Position numbers and translations under genes: made by a program
The notes under the pieces: generated by a model
Database searches by the model: none
Told to the model about the DNA's origin: nothing
What the model saw: only the letters and a program-made list of their open reading frames with translations
Source of the DNA: Candidatus Obscuribacterales bacterium
GTDB lineage: Bacteria; Cyanobacteriota; Vampirovibrionia; Obscuribacterales; Obscuribacteraceae
DNA length: 64,000 nt
NCBI GenBank assembly: GCA_965228855.1
Contig: CBDDIJ010000003.1
Span: forward strand, 2,528,001-2,592,000
Direction of reading: 5' to 3'
Shown: piece after piece, positions 1 through 10,600 of the stretch
How the letters are laid out: each line of letters starts with the position of its first letter
Position numbering within the stretch: the stretch's first letter is position 1

Positions 1-1216
1 CTCCTCCCACAGGTACAGCATCCGGAAGGAGGTTGTTTAAACTCTGTACGACAGAAACTTCAGGCGGCCGTCCAGAAGGAGGGTTTGCGGAATTGGTATC
101 GGTGGTGAGAGATATAGGACTGCCCGAGGGCGCATGGCTTCTAAGAATGGCTGGTAAGGCAACATCGCTTGGCCCATCTTTCACAGGTTCTGCCTTAACC
201 ACCGGCGGAAGAGACGCAGGTGTTTCCAACCTCGGCACCGTCAATTTAGATGCCGGTGGCGTGGGCGTGACGTTCTCGACGACATTAAGCAATCGACTCA
301 AGTCGCTCGCCAGATCAGGATTGTTGACAGGCGCCAACGATTCATAGTCGGACGAAGTGACGCTCCCTTGCTTAGCTGGTTTAGCCGGCGGTAAAATTCC
401 GTCGCTCAAAACTTTCACAATCGACTCCGGCGATGGGGACGCCGATAAAGGTTTAGTCCCAGCAGGCTCTACCTGCGCGGGTGTCGCCAGGCTAGATTCA
501 CCATGGGCGGTGCCGCTGAAGACTTCAATACCCGGCAATATCGAAAGTTTGGAAGCCGCGGGAGACGGTTTCGCACTGTCGGACAGTGATGGTTTGGCAG
601 TGAAGGATGTTGAAGAGTTCTGAACTTCGATGCTGATGGATGGCAGGTGAGGTGTCGCAGTTTCGACTATGGGAACTGGCTTGATTCCAGCATTGGCAAC
701 CAGTGCAGCCAGGGGCGCTGATGGTTCCGCACTATCGCGAAGAAGATCCGCCCCATTGTGTTTCGTCTCAGCGTGCCTGGGCGTTGGTACCGAAACATTA
801 TCCTGGGACGCGGCAGCCACGACCGGCAGAATTTGAAGGTCTCCCGGTCCGCTGTCATCCTTAGTATCTTTATCCTTGTTAGGATGCGGAGCCTCGACGC
901 TCGTTTGAGCAAGAATCTCTGACAGCGACTTTGCAGCACTGATACTTACGTCACTGGGACCAGCCTCAGGAGAGGTGCTGGAGGTCGAACCAGATTTCAT
1001 GACCGGCAACGAGGCAAGGGACACATCACCGCGAATTCCCGCAGGCGAGGCCGAATGCGAAACCTCCGACGAGACCGCGGAAGGTACAACGTCCCCGGCA
1101 GAATGAGGAGCTGTCACCGAATCTGATTTCGGTGGTGCGGTTTCGAGAATATCAATCTGAAAATCCAAATTGGCAGGCGCATCGGACTGCCCAGTAGGCG
1201 CGAAGAAATCTTCCAT
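1..1216 (-). CDS. Partial Pro/Ser/Ala-rich low-complexity hypothetical protein (runs off the window start)
   Basis: Manual translation from ATG at 1216 (MEDFFAPTGQSDAPANLDFQIDILE...) is stop-free down to position 2 (~405 codons). It is absent from the ORF track because its stop lies outside the window. An in-frame GTG at 1252 is an alternative start. Confidence 0.8.
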   Translation of the reverse strand, partial: MEDFFAPTGQSDAPANLDFQIDILETAPPKSDSVTAPHSAGDVVPSAVSSEVSHSASPAGIRGDVSLASLPVMKSGSTSSTSPEAGPSDVSISAAKSLSEILAQTSVEAPHPNKDKDTKDDSGPGDLQILPVVAAASQDNVSVPTPRHAETKHNGADLLRDSAEPSAPLAALVANAGIKPVPIVETATPHLPSISIEVQNSSTSFTAKPSLSDSAKPSPAASKLSILPGIEVFSGTAHGESSLATPAQVEPAGTKPLSASPSPESIVKVLSDGILPPAKPAKQGSVTSSDYESLAPVNNPDLASDLSRLLNVVENVTPTPPASKLTVPRLETPASLPPVVKAEPVKDGPSDVALPAILRSHAPSGSPISLTTDTNSANPPSGRPPEVSVVQSLNNLLPDAVPVGG

Positions 1217-1319
1217 GGCGGTAAATAATTGGGGCGATGGGGGAAGAAACACGAACGCGATACAAAGGGTTATGGGGGGTATCGAGTTGCGTAGTAAAAC
1301 TTCAAGGGGCATTGGAAGT

Positions 1320-1333
1320 TTGATATACGTCAA
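1320..1333. promoter_or_regulatory. FNR/CRP-family-like palindromic site
   Basis: TTGAT-ATAC-GTCAA is a 9/10 match to the FNR consensus TTGAT-N4-ATCAA and lies in the divergent intergenic region. Confidence 0.35.
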
Positions 1334-1414
1334 TATGCGAAACGGAAAATTCCTGGACAGTCGGCGAGATTAAATCTCGTCGACCGAGAAGAATTGCCGT
1401 GACAGCCGGTCCTA

Positions 1415-1443
1415 TTGACATCCGAGCGAACCGCGCATATGAT
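1415..1443 (+). promoter_or_regulatory. Sigma70-type promoter for the 1835-aa gene
   Basis: TTGACA (1415-1420), 17-nt spacer, TATGAT (1438-1443). Confidence 0.7.
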
Positions 1444-1601
1444 CTTGTCGCCACGCCTGTATGCACCCGACTACAGCAGGTCCCTTACTATCGATCAAAG
1501 TAGACGACCGGAGACACGCCCCTCGACGAGGGGTATGAAGTAATAGTCGCCTTAACCCCTCGAAATCCACTTACCTTATTTGATAAACAGCGGAGTAAAA
1601 G

Positions 1602-4600
1602 ATGGCTTCAAAGTCAACGGCAGCAGCGCAAACAGATCAGACGCCGACATCTACACCAGGCAACGCTCAGCTCGCCCAAACTCAGGCTGGGAGAGATACA
1701 ACGCCAGCAGCCGGCAGTGACGCCACAACTGGTGTTGCACCACATACGGAAGTACTGCAGGGCGACAACGTCCTCAGCCAGAGTCCTCAGCCAGGCACTG
1801 CCAACGAAACTGCCGCGAAGATCATTCAACAACAGAACGAAGCGACCGGTGTGGGGGGTGTTCGCGGCGACGCCAACAATCCTATTAATACTGCGCAGAC
1901 GACAGCAGAAGTTCGACGAGCAGAAGCCGTCGCAAGAACAACCAGCACGACTCCGACCGATGCTAAGGCTCCGGTCTCAAAACCAACAGACACGGCTCCT
2001 GCGACACCGACAACAGCAGAGACTCGCAGGCAGGAAGCACTGGCAAGAACGACCTCTACACCGGCAGACGTAAAACCGCCTGCCACCACTCCTGGTGACA
2101 CTCCGGCAACCACGCCGTCGGTTGCGGAGACGCGCAGACAAGAAGCGCTAACTAGATCGAGCAGCACGCCTGCAGATGCGAAACCGGCAGATGCAAAACC
2201 GCCGGCAGCGAATCCAGTCGAAGCGAATCCAACGTCGCCGACCACAGCAGAGACCAGACGGCAAGAAGCATTAGCTAGAACTACTGGAACACCCACCGAC
2301 GCGAAACCGGCAACAGGAAATCCTAACGACACGAATCCAACGGCACCGAGTTCTGCTGAAGTTCGAAGACAAGAATCCCTTGCTAGAAACACCGGTACGA
2401 CCGTCGATGGAAAACCGCCGGCCGCCACCGCCGGTGATGCCACGCTACCCGGACAATCGCCCGCAGAAACTAGGCGGCAAGAAGCTTTGACAAGGACTGG
2501 AACCACGCCTGGTACCACGCCTGGTGCCGAGGTGAAAGCTCCGGCAGCCAACCCGGGTGAGGTCAATTCGCCGACTCGCTCGCTTCAGGATTCCAGACTT
2601 CAGAGCGCCCTGGATAGAAGCGGTAAGGGACCCGCCACCGGCGAGCAGCCATCCGGCAGCAATCCACTCGGTCCTACTGCAGAGCAGAGAAGAGCCGACG
2701 CAATAGCGCGTACCGGTGCACCTGATGTGAAACCCGCAGCGCCCCGAACCGATGCCACTGCGGTGACACCTGGAGCCAGCCCGGCAGAACAGCGTCGGGC
2801 TGAAGCACTCACCAGAGCCAATGCTACAGACAACAGACCGGCTGCACTCGCAGGCGACGGGAAGCCGCCTGTTCAACCAACTGGCGACGTGAAACCGGCT
2901 GCGGCATTATCCCCGGAACAGCGCAGAGCAGAGAGCATTGCCAGAAACAATGCCACAGATAACAGACCTGCAGCACTCACCGGCGACGGAAAGCAGCCCG
3001 TTCAACCAACTGCAGAAGTTAAACCAGCTCCGGCACTCTCGCCGGAACAGCGCAGAGCGGAAAGTATTGCCAGAAACAATGCGCCGGATAATAGACCCGC
3101 AGCACTTGCCGGTGACGGGAAAACACCTGTACAACCGACTGGCGAAGTTAAACCAACTCCTGCACTCTCACCAGAACAGCGCAGAGCGGAAAGCATCGCC
3201 AGGAATAATGCACCGGATAACAGACCCGCAGCACTTGCCGGCGACGGCAAAACAACTGTGCAACCGACTGCCGAAGTGAAACCGACTGCGACACTCTCAC
3301 CCGAACAGCGCAGAGCCGAAAGTATCGCTAGAAATGGCGCGACGGACCACCGCCCACCCGGCACAGTTGCGGATGCCAATCCGACGAGAAACATCACCGG
3401 AGACCCACCCGCGACCGGTACGGAGCGACTGAAAGGACGAGATCGGGTTGCTGACGCACCAGCGGACACGGCAAAACCGCCAGGAAAGGGCAACGCGACG
3501 GGCGACACAGTGAGACCCACGGTTAAGGCGGATGCTCCTGCCGATGCGGGAAGACGTGCGGTCAAAGCCGATGCCACAGATACCGGCACTCCTCCAGGCA
3601 GTGGTTCCACCGACTCGTTCCTGAACGGCCGCCAACAACGACAGCTTGAAACACTTCGGCAGCAAGCAGAAACCGGAACCCTCACCAGAAGCGAGCAGCG
3701 CCAACTGGAAAGACTCACGGCACTTGAAACGAGGAAAGCCGAAATTGCTTCCGCACCCACGGATCCGAGAACCCGAGCACCGAAGGTAGAAACGGTACCC
3801 AAAGCAGAAGCGCCGGCAGGCGAGGTACCCAGACCGCCGAGAGCGGAAGCACCTGGAAGCGAGTTGCCCAGAACTCCAAGAGCCGAAGCGCCGGTAGCTC
3901 AACCTAAAGAGAACAGACGAGGCACCACTGAGGCACCAACCGGAAACCCCACAGGCAATCCGTTAGTCAACCCTGATGGCAATCCTAAGGGGCGCAATAG
4001 AGATGGAGGCGTCACTGCGGAGCAGCCGCCAGGTACCGAGCGCGGACCATTTAAGCCGGGTGCTGATCCAGCTCTCAAGCCTGGCGTTGAATCTGTGTTT
4101 AAACCTGGTGGAGAACAGGCATTTAAGCCAACCGCTGATATGTCTCCCAGAGACATTCGCAGAGCACTTGCGGAAGCGCGTCAAAACCAGCCCCTCGATC
4201 CTGCTCAGCAAAAGTGGCTGGCAGAACAAACAGCTAAAATGGGCGATGGTCGCAGTCAAAACTTCGCGAGAAACTTCGAGAATCTATCGCCACAAAATCG
4301 CGCCGCTCTGATGGGTCTGGAAGGACCGCAACAAGGCGATATGATTGCCAAGCTCGGCAGAGGTCGTGCCGACATCTCAGCAATTGAAGGAAAGCTGGGC
4401 GCAGTACCAGGAGGAGATCTCAGAGCCGGGCGCACCGCAGATGGTGCCGTTGCCGGAGGCAAACCTCCACTCGGTTTGGACGGTCTGAAAGGTCCTGGTG
4501 GCGATCTTGCCCGCGGTCCTGGTGGCGACCTCGCTCGAGGTCCTGGTGCAGACCTGGCCAAAGCGCTGCAGCGCGCAGACCTCAAAATTCCTGGTCTAGA

Positions 4601-7109
4601 TGCCGCGGATCCGTCGAACAGACGATTTTTGGCGGACGCTTCATTGCGTTTCAACAATTTGAAGTTCGATGGCACCAACGCAAATATGAAAGTGTCAGAC
4701 GTTCTCAAAGGCATGGATCCTCAGAAGGTAATGGCGCTGGAAAAATTCCTTGCTGGAAACAACCAGATGCTTGAGCCGGGCAAACTCACATTCGGACAGT
4801 TGGACCAAACCAGAGTCACGCAGCTTCAAAGCCTGTTGCGTGGTAATTTTGATGCCTCTGGCCGTCAGCTGACTCCTCAAGAGTCATTCAGGCAATTGAC
4901 TCAGGGACTACTGGCTCAGCAAACAGACTCAAACCTGATAGGAAGAGGACGACTTCCCGAAGTTGGCAAACTGCTCAACGAGCAGCCGACAGCCAAGCTA
5001 TCGGAGATGGTATCCAGAACTCTCGATGCGCGTTCGCCCGTTGGCACCATGGGTGGTGCCGGAGGAATTGGCTCATTCGATTTCGGTCGTTTTGATTTCA
5101 CAGCAAAACTCAACCCCGTTCAAGAAATCCATGTGCGCAATTTACTCGACAACAGCTCCAAACTTGCAACCTTACTTGAGCAAAACATCGCGCGTACAGA
5201 CTTAACTCAGCCGAGATTTGACGTAGGGAAAGCAATTGGCTTGGCGCAGGTGATGGCCACCACCCTCGGTGACAGTCGCGGTGATTTCGCGGTGCGCGGT
5301 GATGTTCGAGCCATGATTGACAGCACTAGTGCGGTACGCGTTAATGAAGCCGGAGAGATTGTCAACACTGCCAGTGGTGCCAAGTCAGCTGACTACATTG
5401 CGAAACTTCCAATCGACGCAACAACCGGCTTGCCTTATGACCCAGCCAGCGGCAAGCTTCTCGACCCCAACACGGGCAGACCTATCGGAGACCGAGTGGC
5501 GGAAGAGAAAAAATCGTCAGACAAGAAATGGGACAAGGACGACGAAGAACTCGACGAAAAAGAGAAGAAAAAGAAAAAGCAAGACTCCGATGTCGACTCA
5601 GAGAAAGCGAAACAGAAAGCGATGCTCCTTCTACTTCAAGCGAAGAAAAAACGCGAACAGGAGCTCAAAGACAAAGCGCTTCGCGATCAAAAACGCAAAG
5701 AGGAAGACGAGAAGCGAGTCAAATACATCTGCAAAGACGGCGATACTGTTCAGTCGATCGCTCTCAAACAACTTCGCGACAGCCGCGTGACGGCTCTGAT
5801 CTACCAGATCAACAAAGAGGTCATACCTACCAAGATAGTCAACGGAGAACAAGTACCTGTCCTCCATGCCGGTCTGGTAATCTGGCTACCCTCACCCAAG
5901 GAGATCCGAGAGTTCCGCACCAAACTGGTCAGCGGTTCTCAACCCGGGACAGGACCGCAAGGAGCGAATGAGTTCGCATCTGTCGAAGACGAACTTGCAG
6001 CACGCTTCGGTGAAAACTGGGCCGGTGATGGCGAATCAAGCCCTGGAGAAGAAGCGGGCTCTGCTTCAGCACCGGCAGTTCCTCAACAAAATAGCATAGA
6101 GAAGAAACTTATGGACGACGCAATCGCAGACGCAAAGCGCCGCCGCGAAAATATCGAGGCCGCACTTGGTCCAATCGCATCAAGCAAAGCAGCGAATCGG
6201 GCGCCCACAGGACAAATCATCTACCAGGTCAGGCTCGGCGACACTCTTCGCTCCGTAGCGCAGAAGCAGCCATCCCTCGGCGATGTTCATCTGTGGCGTT
6301 TGCTTGCCGAAGTGAACGGCTTGTCGACAGAAACCGACGCCAAAGGTCAGCCGGTAGCCGGTCTGTCGCGTGGCAGCAAGATTAAACTCCCGACTCAACA
6401 AGAAATCGCAGACTATCGACAACGAATCGGCTCTATGGCCGGTCAGCCGATGCCGCGAGAACAACGCATCTCAAAAACCTGCCGCACTTGCGGCAAAGTC
6501 AATCCTGCTGCTGCATCTTCGTGCCCAGGCTGCGGATACAAATTCGGCACGATCACGCAGGCGAACGTTCCAACAGGTACCGCCCCAGTGCCGACTTCAT
6601 CCGTTCCAAGTTCCGTTTCGACGACGCCAGTTCCGACCTCGCAAGCGGGCGGACCCGAGCAATCGCAACCGAAAGACGCAGCAACAATACTTCTTGAAGG
6701 CATGAGCCAAACAACCGTTGGACGCACCGAAGATCTAGATCAACCTCCACAACGACCAGCCACTGTTAATGTCGACGCGGCTCAATCCGCGCCTCAAACA
6801 GAAGCGCAAATGTGGGCGTCGGTCAAAGACTTCGAAGCAGGTTGCCGGCTCGCCAAATCGGCCCACTCGTGGGAGACCGCAAGCGGCAAACTCGTTATTC
6901 AGCTGCAAATTAAAGAGACCGACAAGGATTGGTATCCGATTTTGGAATACGACATATTCGAATCGCATGCGCTCAGACACAGCTTCATTCGTGAAACCGG
7001 AGCGAAGAAGAGCGTCCGTATAGACTTGCCTGCTGCAGCAGCGATGGAGCTAGCGCAAAACGACCTTCTTGCAAATTGGAACAACTACAAAACCAAATTC
7101 TTTGCATAA
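1602..7109 (+). CDS. Giant repeat protein (1835 aa) with C-terminal 2x LysM-like domains, zinc ribbon and conserved terminal domain
   Basis: Long ORF with a GGAG RBS. N-terminal A/P-ExRRxExxAR repeats; LysM-like YICKDGDTVQSIA (5724) and YQVRLGDTLRSVA (6222); zinc ribbon CRTC...CPGC (~6480-6534). No signal peptide or TM segment seen. Confidence 0.9.
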   Translation: MASKSTAAAQTDQTPTSTPGNAQLAQTQAGRDTTPAAGSDATTGVAPHTEVLQGDNVLSQSPQPGTANETAAKIIQQQNEATGVGGVRGDANNPINTAQTTAEVRRAEAVARTTSTTPTDAKAPVSKPTDTAPATPTTAETRRQEALARTTSTPADVKPPATTPGDTPATTPSVAETRRQEALTRSSSTPADAKPADAKPPAANPVEANPTSPTTAETRRQEALARTTGTPTDAKPATGNPNDTNPTAPSSAEVRRQESLARNTGTTVDGKPPAATAGDATLPGQSPAETRRQEALTRTGTTPGTTPGAEVKAPAANPGEVNSPTRSLQDSRLQSALDRSGKGPATGEQPSGSNPLGPTAEQRRADAIARTGAPDVKPAAPRTDATAVTPGASPAEQRRAEALTRANATDNRPAALAGDGKPPVQPTGDVKPAAALSPEQRRAESIARNNATDNRPAALTGDGKQPVQPTAEVKPAPALSPEQRRAESIARNNAPDNRPAALAGDGKTPVQPTGEVKPTPALSPEQRRAESIARNNAPDNRPAALAGDGKTTVQPTAEVKPTATLSPEQRRAESIARNGATDHRPPGTVADANPTRNITGDPPATGTERLKGRDRVADAPADTAKPPGKGNATGDTVRPTVKADAPADAGRRAVKADATDTGTPPGSGSTDSFLNGRQQRQLETLRQQAETGTLTRSEQRQLERLTALETRKAEIASAPTDPRTRAPKVETVPKAEAPAGEVPRPPRAEAPGSELPRTPRAEAPVAQPKENRRGTTEAPTGNPTGNPLVNPDGNPKGRNRDGGVTAEQPPGTERGPFKPGADPALKPGVESVFKPGGEQAFKPTADMSPRDIRRALAEARQNQPLDPAQQKWLAEQTAKMGDGRSQNFARNFENLSPQNRAALMGLEGPQQGDMIAKLGRGRADISAIEGKLGAVPGGDLRAGRTADGAVAGGKPPLGLDGLKGPGGDLARGPGGDLARGPGADLAKALQRADLKIPGLDAADPSNRRFLADASLRFNNLKFDGTNANMKVSDVLKGMDPQKVMALEKFLAGNNQMLEPGKLTFGQLDQTRVTQLQSLLRGNFDASGRQLTPQESFRQLTQGLLAQQTDSNLIGRGRLPEVGKLLNEQPTAKLSEMVSRTLDARSPVGTMGGAGGIGSFDFGRFDFTAKLNPVQEIHVRNLLDNSSKLATLLEQNIARTDLTQPRFDVGKAIGLAQVMATTLGDSRGDFAVRGDVRAMIDSTSAVRVNEAGEIVNTASGAKSADYIAKLPIDATTGLPYDPASGKLLDPNTGRPIGDRVAEEKKSSDKKWDKDDEELDEKEKKKKKQDSDVDSEKAKQKAMLLLLQAKKKREQELKDKALRDQKRKEEDEKRVKYICKDGDTVQSIALKQLRDSRVTALIYQINKEVIPTKIVNGEQVPVLHAGLVIWLPSPKEIREFRTKLVSGSQPGTGPQGANEFASVEDELAARFGENWAGDGESSPGEEAGSASAPAVPQQNSIEKKLMDDAIADAKRRRENIEAALGPIASSKAANRAPTGQIIYQVRLGDTLRSVAQKQPSLGDVHLWRLLAEVNGLSTETDAKGQPVAGLSRGSKIKLPTQQEIADYRQRIGSMAGQPMPREQRISKTCRTCGKVNPAAASSCPGCGYKFGTITQANVPTGTAPVPTSSVPSSVSTTPVPTSQAGGPEQSQPKDAATILLEGMSQTTVGRTEDLDQPPQRPATVNVDAAQSAPQTEAQMWASVKDFEAGCRLAKSAHSWETASGKLVIQLQIKETDKDWYPILEYDIFESHALRHSFIRETGAKKSVRIDLPAAAAMELAQNDLLANWNNYKTKFFA
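2778..3340 (+). repeat. 129-nt (43-aa) coding tandem repeat
   Basis: SPEQRRAESIARNN-x-xDNRPAALxGDGKxPVQPTxEVKP units start at ~2910, 3039, 3168 and 3297 (last one partial), with a diverged unit at ~2778. Confidence 0.9.
4491..4562 (+). repeat. 24-nt coding repeat (GPGGDLAR x3)
   Basis: Translation GPGGDLARGPGGDLARGPGADLAK. Confidence 0.8.
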
Positions 7110-7671
7110 GTTAGTTGCTGCCACTATATATAGTACTAAATCTAGTGCAACATATGATACGACCTGGTATCGTTTCTGATACCAGTTTAAAGACTTTCTA
7201 AATTGATTCGACACCGTATTCAGTATCAATAAGTACTGCGAGAATTGAACCTGTTGATTTGGCAACCGAACGAATTCTGGAAAGTACTCCTGGGTGTATG
7301 CGAAAAAATCGTTTTTGGGACAGACCGAAAAGTTAAATTCGAGACCCGAGACGTCCGCCAAGAATTAATCTATTGGACACGGAAAAGCCTCAATTTACGG
7401 CTCGTTCGTAGCAAAAATGTATTCCAGACAACAGTAAACTCCCTCTAATATTAGTAGTATAAGCATGTCAAGTTAGCCGATCCCACACCCCTCTGGATCT
7501 GACTTGGCGGGCACTAAGGCTGGCACCTTCACTTTTTTGATTGCTCTTTACTACCCCTGAAGCTTTCGCGCCCACACTGTTGCCGTTTCCCAAGCCGTGC
7601 AAGCGGTTTCAGGAATCAGTGAGATGTGTATATAGAAAGTAGATCAGACATCTAGAGCAAAAAAATCTCTC

Positions 7672-10600
7672 ATGGCCGACAAACCAGATCCAAAAGCTGA
7701 AAATGCGAAAGACCCGAGCACGGAGCCGGTTAAACCGACTTCGGACAGCACCGCAAGCAAACCGGATGCCGGCGACTCGCATGTCGTAAGCAGTACAAAC
7801 CCGAACGTTCAGACCGACGTCGCGGCAAGCAGCATGACCGATGCTGTGGAGAAAGCACAGACGTTAAACCAGGCAGAGCGCCAGGACCAGACCGGCACTC
7901 AATTTGTTCAGGGTCCGGACAAATCGGACGTGGAACTCTTTGACTCCTCTAAAGAGCCCGCCTCCGACGCTGCGAAAAAAACAGGGGATTCGGACCAGCC
8001 AGAGAAAAAAGAGGTTGCCGAAAGCGCCGACACTGGAGTTAAGACCGAACAGAGTGAATCTAAGCCGGATGCTGGAACAGAAGCTATTCTCTCCAAGTTA
8101 CCTGCTGATCATCAACGAGTTCTCGAAGGCTTACCGCCCGATGCACGCGCTAACTTTGCCAAGCAAATAGACGGCATGGAAGGCGAGTTTGCTCAGAAGA
8201 TGAAAGCCCAGCAGCTGTCAGCGCTTGTTGATACTTTCAATAAGACTACCAAGAATGGTGAAAACGCAAAAATCGGCGACACTATAAACGTCGAAGGAGT
8301 GGTGCGTTCGATTCAGGCGGAAAGAGCAAGAGGTACCTCTGCTGCGAATCGAGGAGGCTCAGCAACCGCAGCACTCGTCAGCGAAGCACCACCAACGAGG
8401 ACTGAAGCTACCGATCCCAATCACGGCACGATTGCGGAAGCTCGCCAGCCGGTCAAACGCGAGACCAGCACACCGACAGCGCCTTCCGACGTCCCTAGTT
8501 CGCAGGTAGCAACCGGAGACGTTCCCGTCACCGTGGTCAAATCAGCGGAACCAGTTGATATAGCTTCCGCAGATCCAAGAAAAGCAGAAGCCGAGCAACG
8601 ACAAGCGGCAGGCGACAAACAAGTTAGCGATTTCATAGCCACCCAGACAGGGGAAGCAAAAGCACCTGCCGACTCTCGTAAATCAATAGCTCAGCAAGGA
8701 TTCGAACCAAAGCCAGGTGCCTACAATCCTGTTAATGTTCCTGGATTCTCGGAAGAAGGAGTTGGCGACCAACATACGTCGCTAAAAGAATCCAAAGTTG
8801 ACAATTACGATATCGAGTCTCGGCAAATGAGCTCGATGACTCGAAATTCAGACAACAGCATCACGAGAACCTACACGGGTGCGATTGATACCGCGGGCAT
8901 GATCTCCTTTTCGTCCGATACAACATTTCAAGCACATGAAACTATAACCAAGGACAACAAGCTTGAAAGTCGGTCTGTAACCTACAATCAGCCTCTTGAG
9001 CTCACGTTCGACACACCTGACGGTCCAAAGAAAATTGCCGACGTCAAAGCTGTTGATACCAAATATGATGCTGCGCGTGACAGATATGTTTCGACAATCA
9101 GAAGTGCGGACGGCAGTCAGCATGAGGCAATCGTAAAAACAGATGGCTCTGTAGAGAAATTCGAGCAGACAGTAAAACTGACGACCGCCGAATATACAAA
9201 AGGCGTGGAAACGAAAGTCTGGCAAGACAGAAACGGCACCATCACTCAAGTTCAAGAGGGTGATGAACGATGGTCTAAGCAGTCAGGAACTGATAAGTGG
9301 GTAAAGCAAAACGCGAACGGCGATTACATCGACGCTAACAATAAGGTTGTTTCGTCAGCATCTGAAGCGGCTTCTTTCACCGGAAGATACGAATTCGTCA
9401 CCTCGCCGCAAAAGGGTTTAGCAAAAGTCGATACAGCTCAACAACAAGCGATCACTAAGTACGCCGATGGATCGCAAGAGCGGATCGTCGGTCTGAAAGG
9501 CGCTCCGGAATTCACGGTTCGAACATCCGCCGACGGCAAGGTGTCGCTGGATTCTCAGTGCGGACACTTCAGCGTCGACGATAAGTCGATGGAAGTCTTG
9601 CCGAATGGAGACATCAAATTCAAAGACACCGACGGACAAAAGACTCTGAATACTGACGGTTCACTGACCAGCACTTACTCGAATCGTACCAACAGTTTTC
9701 AGTCGGTCACAGAAGGTTTCAGCCCGGAGGGCGGACGTTACATCAAGTCAATCAACTTCGGTGAGCAAGCCAAGATCAGCGGCATGGACATGGCCGGCAC
9801 TTGGACCCTGGGTGAAGACGGCAAACTGCACAATGGCTCGAAAACATTCGATGGAGAGTTGAAACTTAAGGACTCATCGACCCTTTCGTACACGGTCATG
9901 GCACCGGAAGGAGTCGAAGGAAACGGCGTACTTCACGGAGACGGAAGCAATTACACCGCATACTACGACGCCGGAAAGAACTTCTCGAAATCTGTCGAGG
10001 GTCTGAAAGACGGCTCTACGATCGAACGGCGCTACTCGTTTACACCCGACGAGCAGAAAGAGCTGAACGCGCGCTACGGCGACCAATTCAACTTCAATGA
10101 AATCACCAGAACGGACGCGAAGGGGCAGACGATCAAACTGATCGAAGCGGCGTCGAAAGGGCACGTCGACGGAGAAGACGACAGTCATATCGTTCAAGCG
10201 ACTGACCCGACAGGAAGAACTTGGAGCCTCATCAATCAGGATAAAAACACCTGGGGCGAAATCGACGCAAAAGGGAAACCCGTTAAAGGCACCAACGGTG
10301 AACAAAACACCTTCACCGGCAATTGGGCGATGCGAAAAGATGGCAGCGGAAACAGCACAGTCACTCGCATCATAGGTGCTCAATCCGAAACGAACAACGC
10401 CTTCAGTGCGCGCTTCCTGGTCGACTACAGGTCAGATGGCGAGATTACGATCACGAACCAAGAAGTCCCGATGATCGGTTACAGCACAGACGCAATGATT
10501 GGCCCTGGCGTTCAACGCGGCGCAAATGGCGATCTGACAATCACCAGCGTCAACACTAAAGACCAATTAACAATCAAGGCAAACGGAGATGTCGTTTCAT

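Noticed and set aside
2778..3340. Regularly spaced DNA repeats that could look like a CRISPR array (also 17482-17705 and 19063-19730)
   Set aside because: They are in-frame coding repeats with synonymous variation; there are no unique spacers and no cas genes.
7223..7236. GTA-N8-TAC NtcA-like site
   Set aside because: Only six informative bases, far from the next start codon, and no evidence that the organism has NtcA. Kept only as a generic palindrome.
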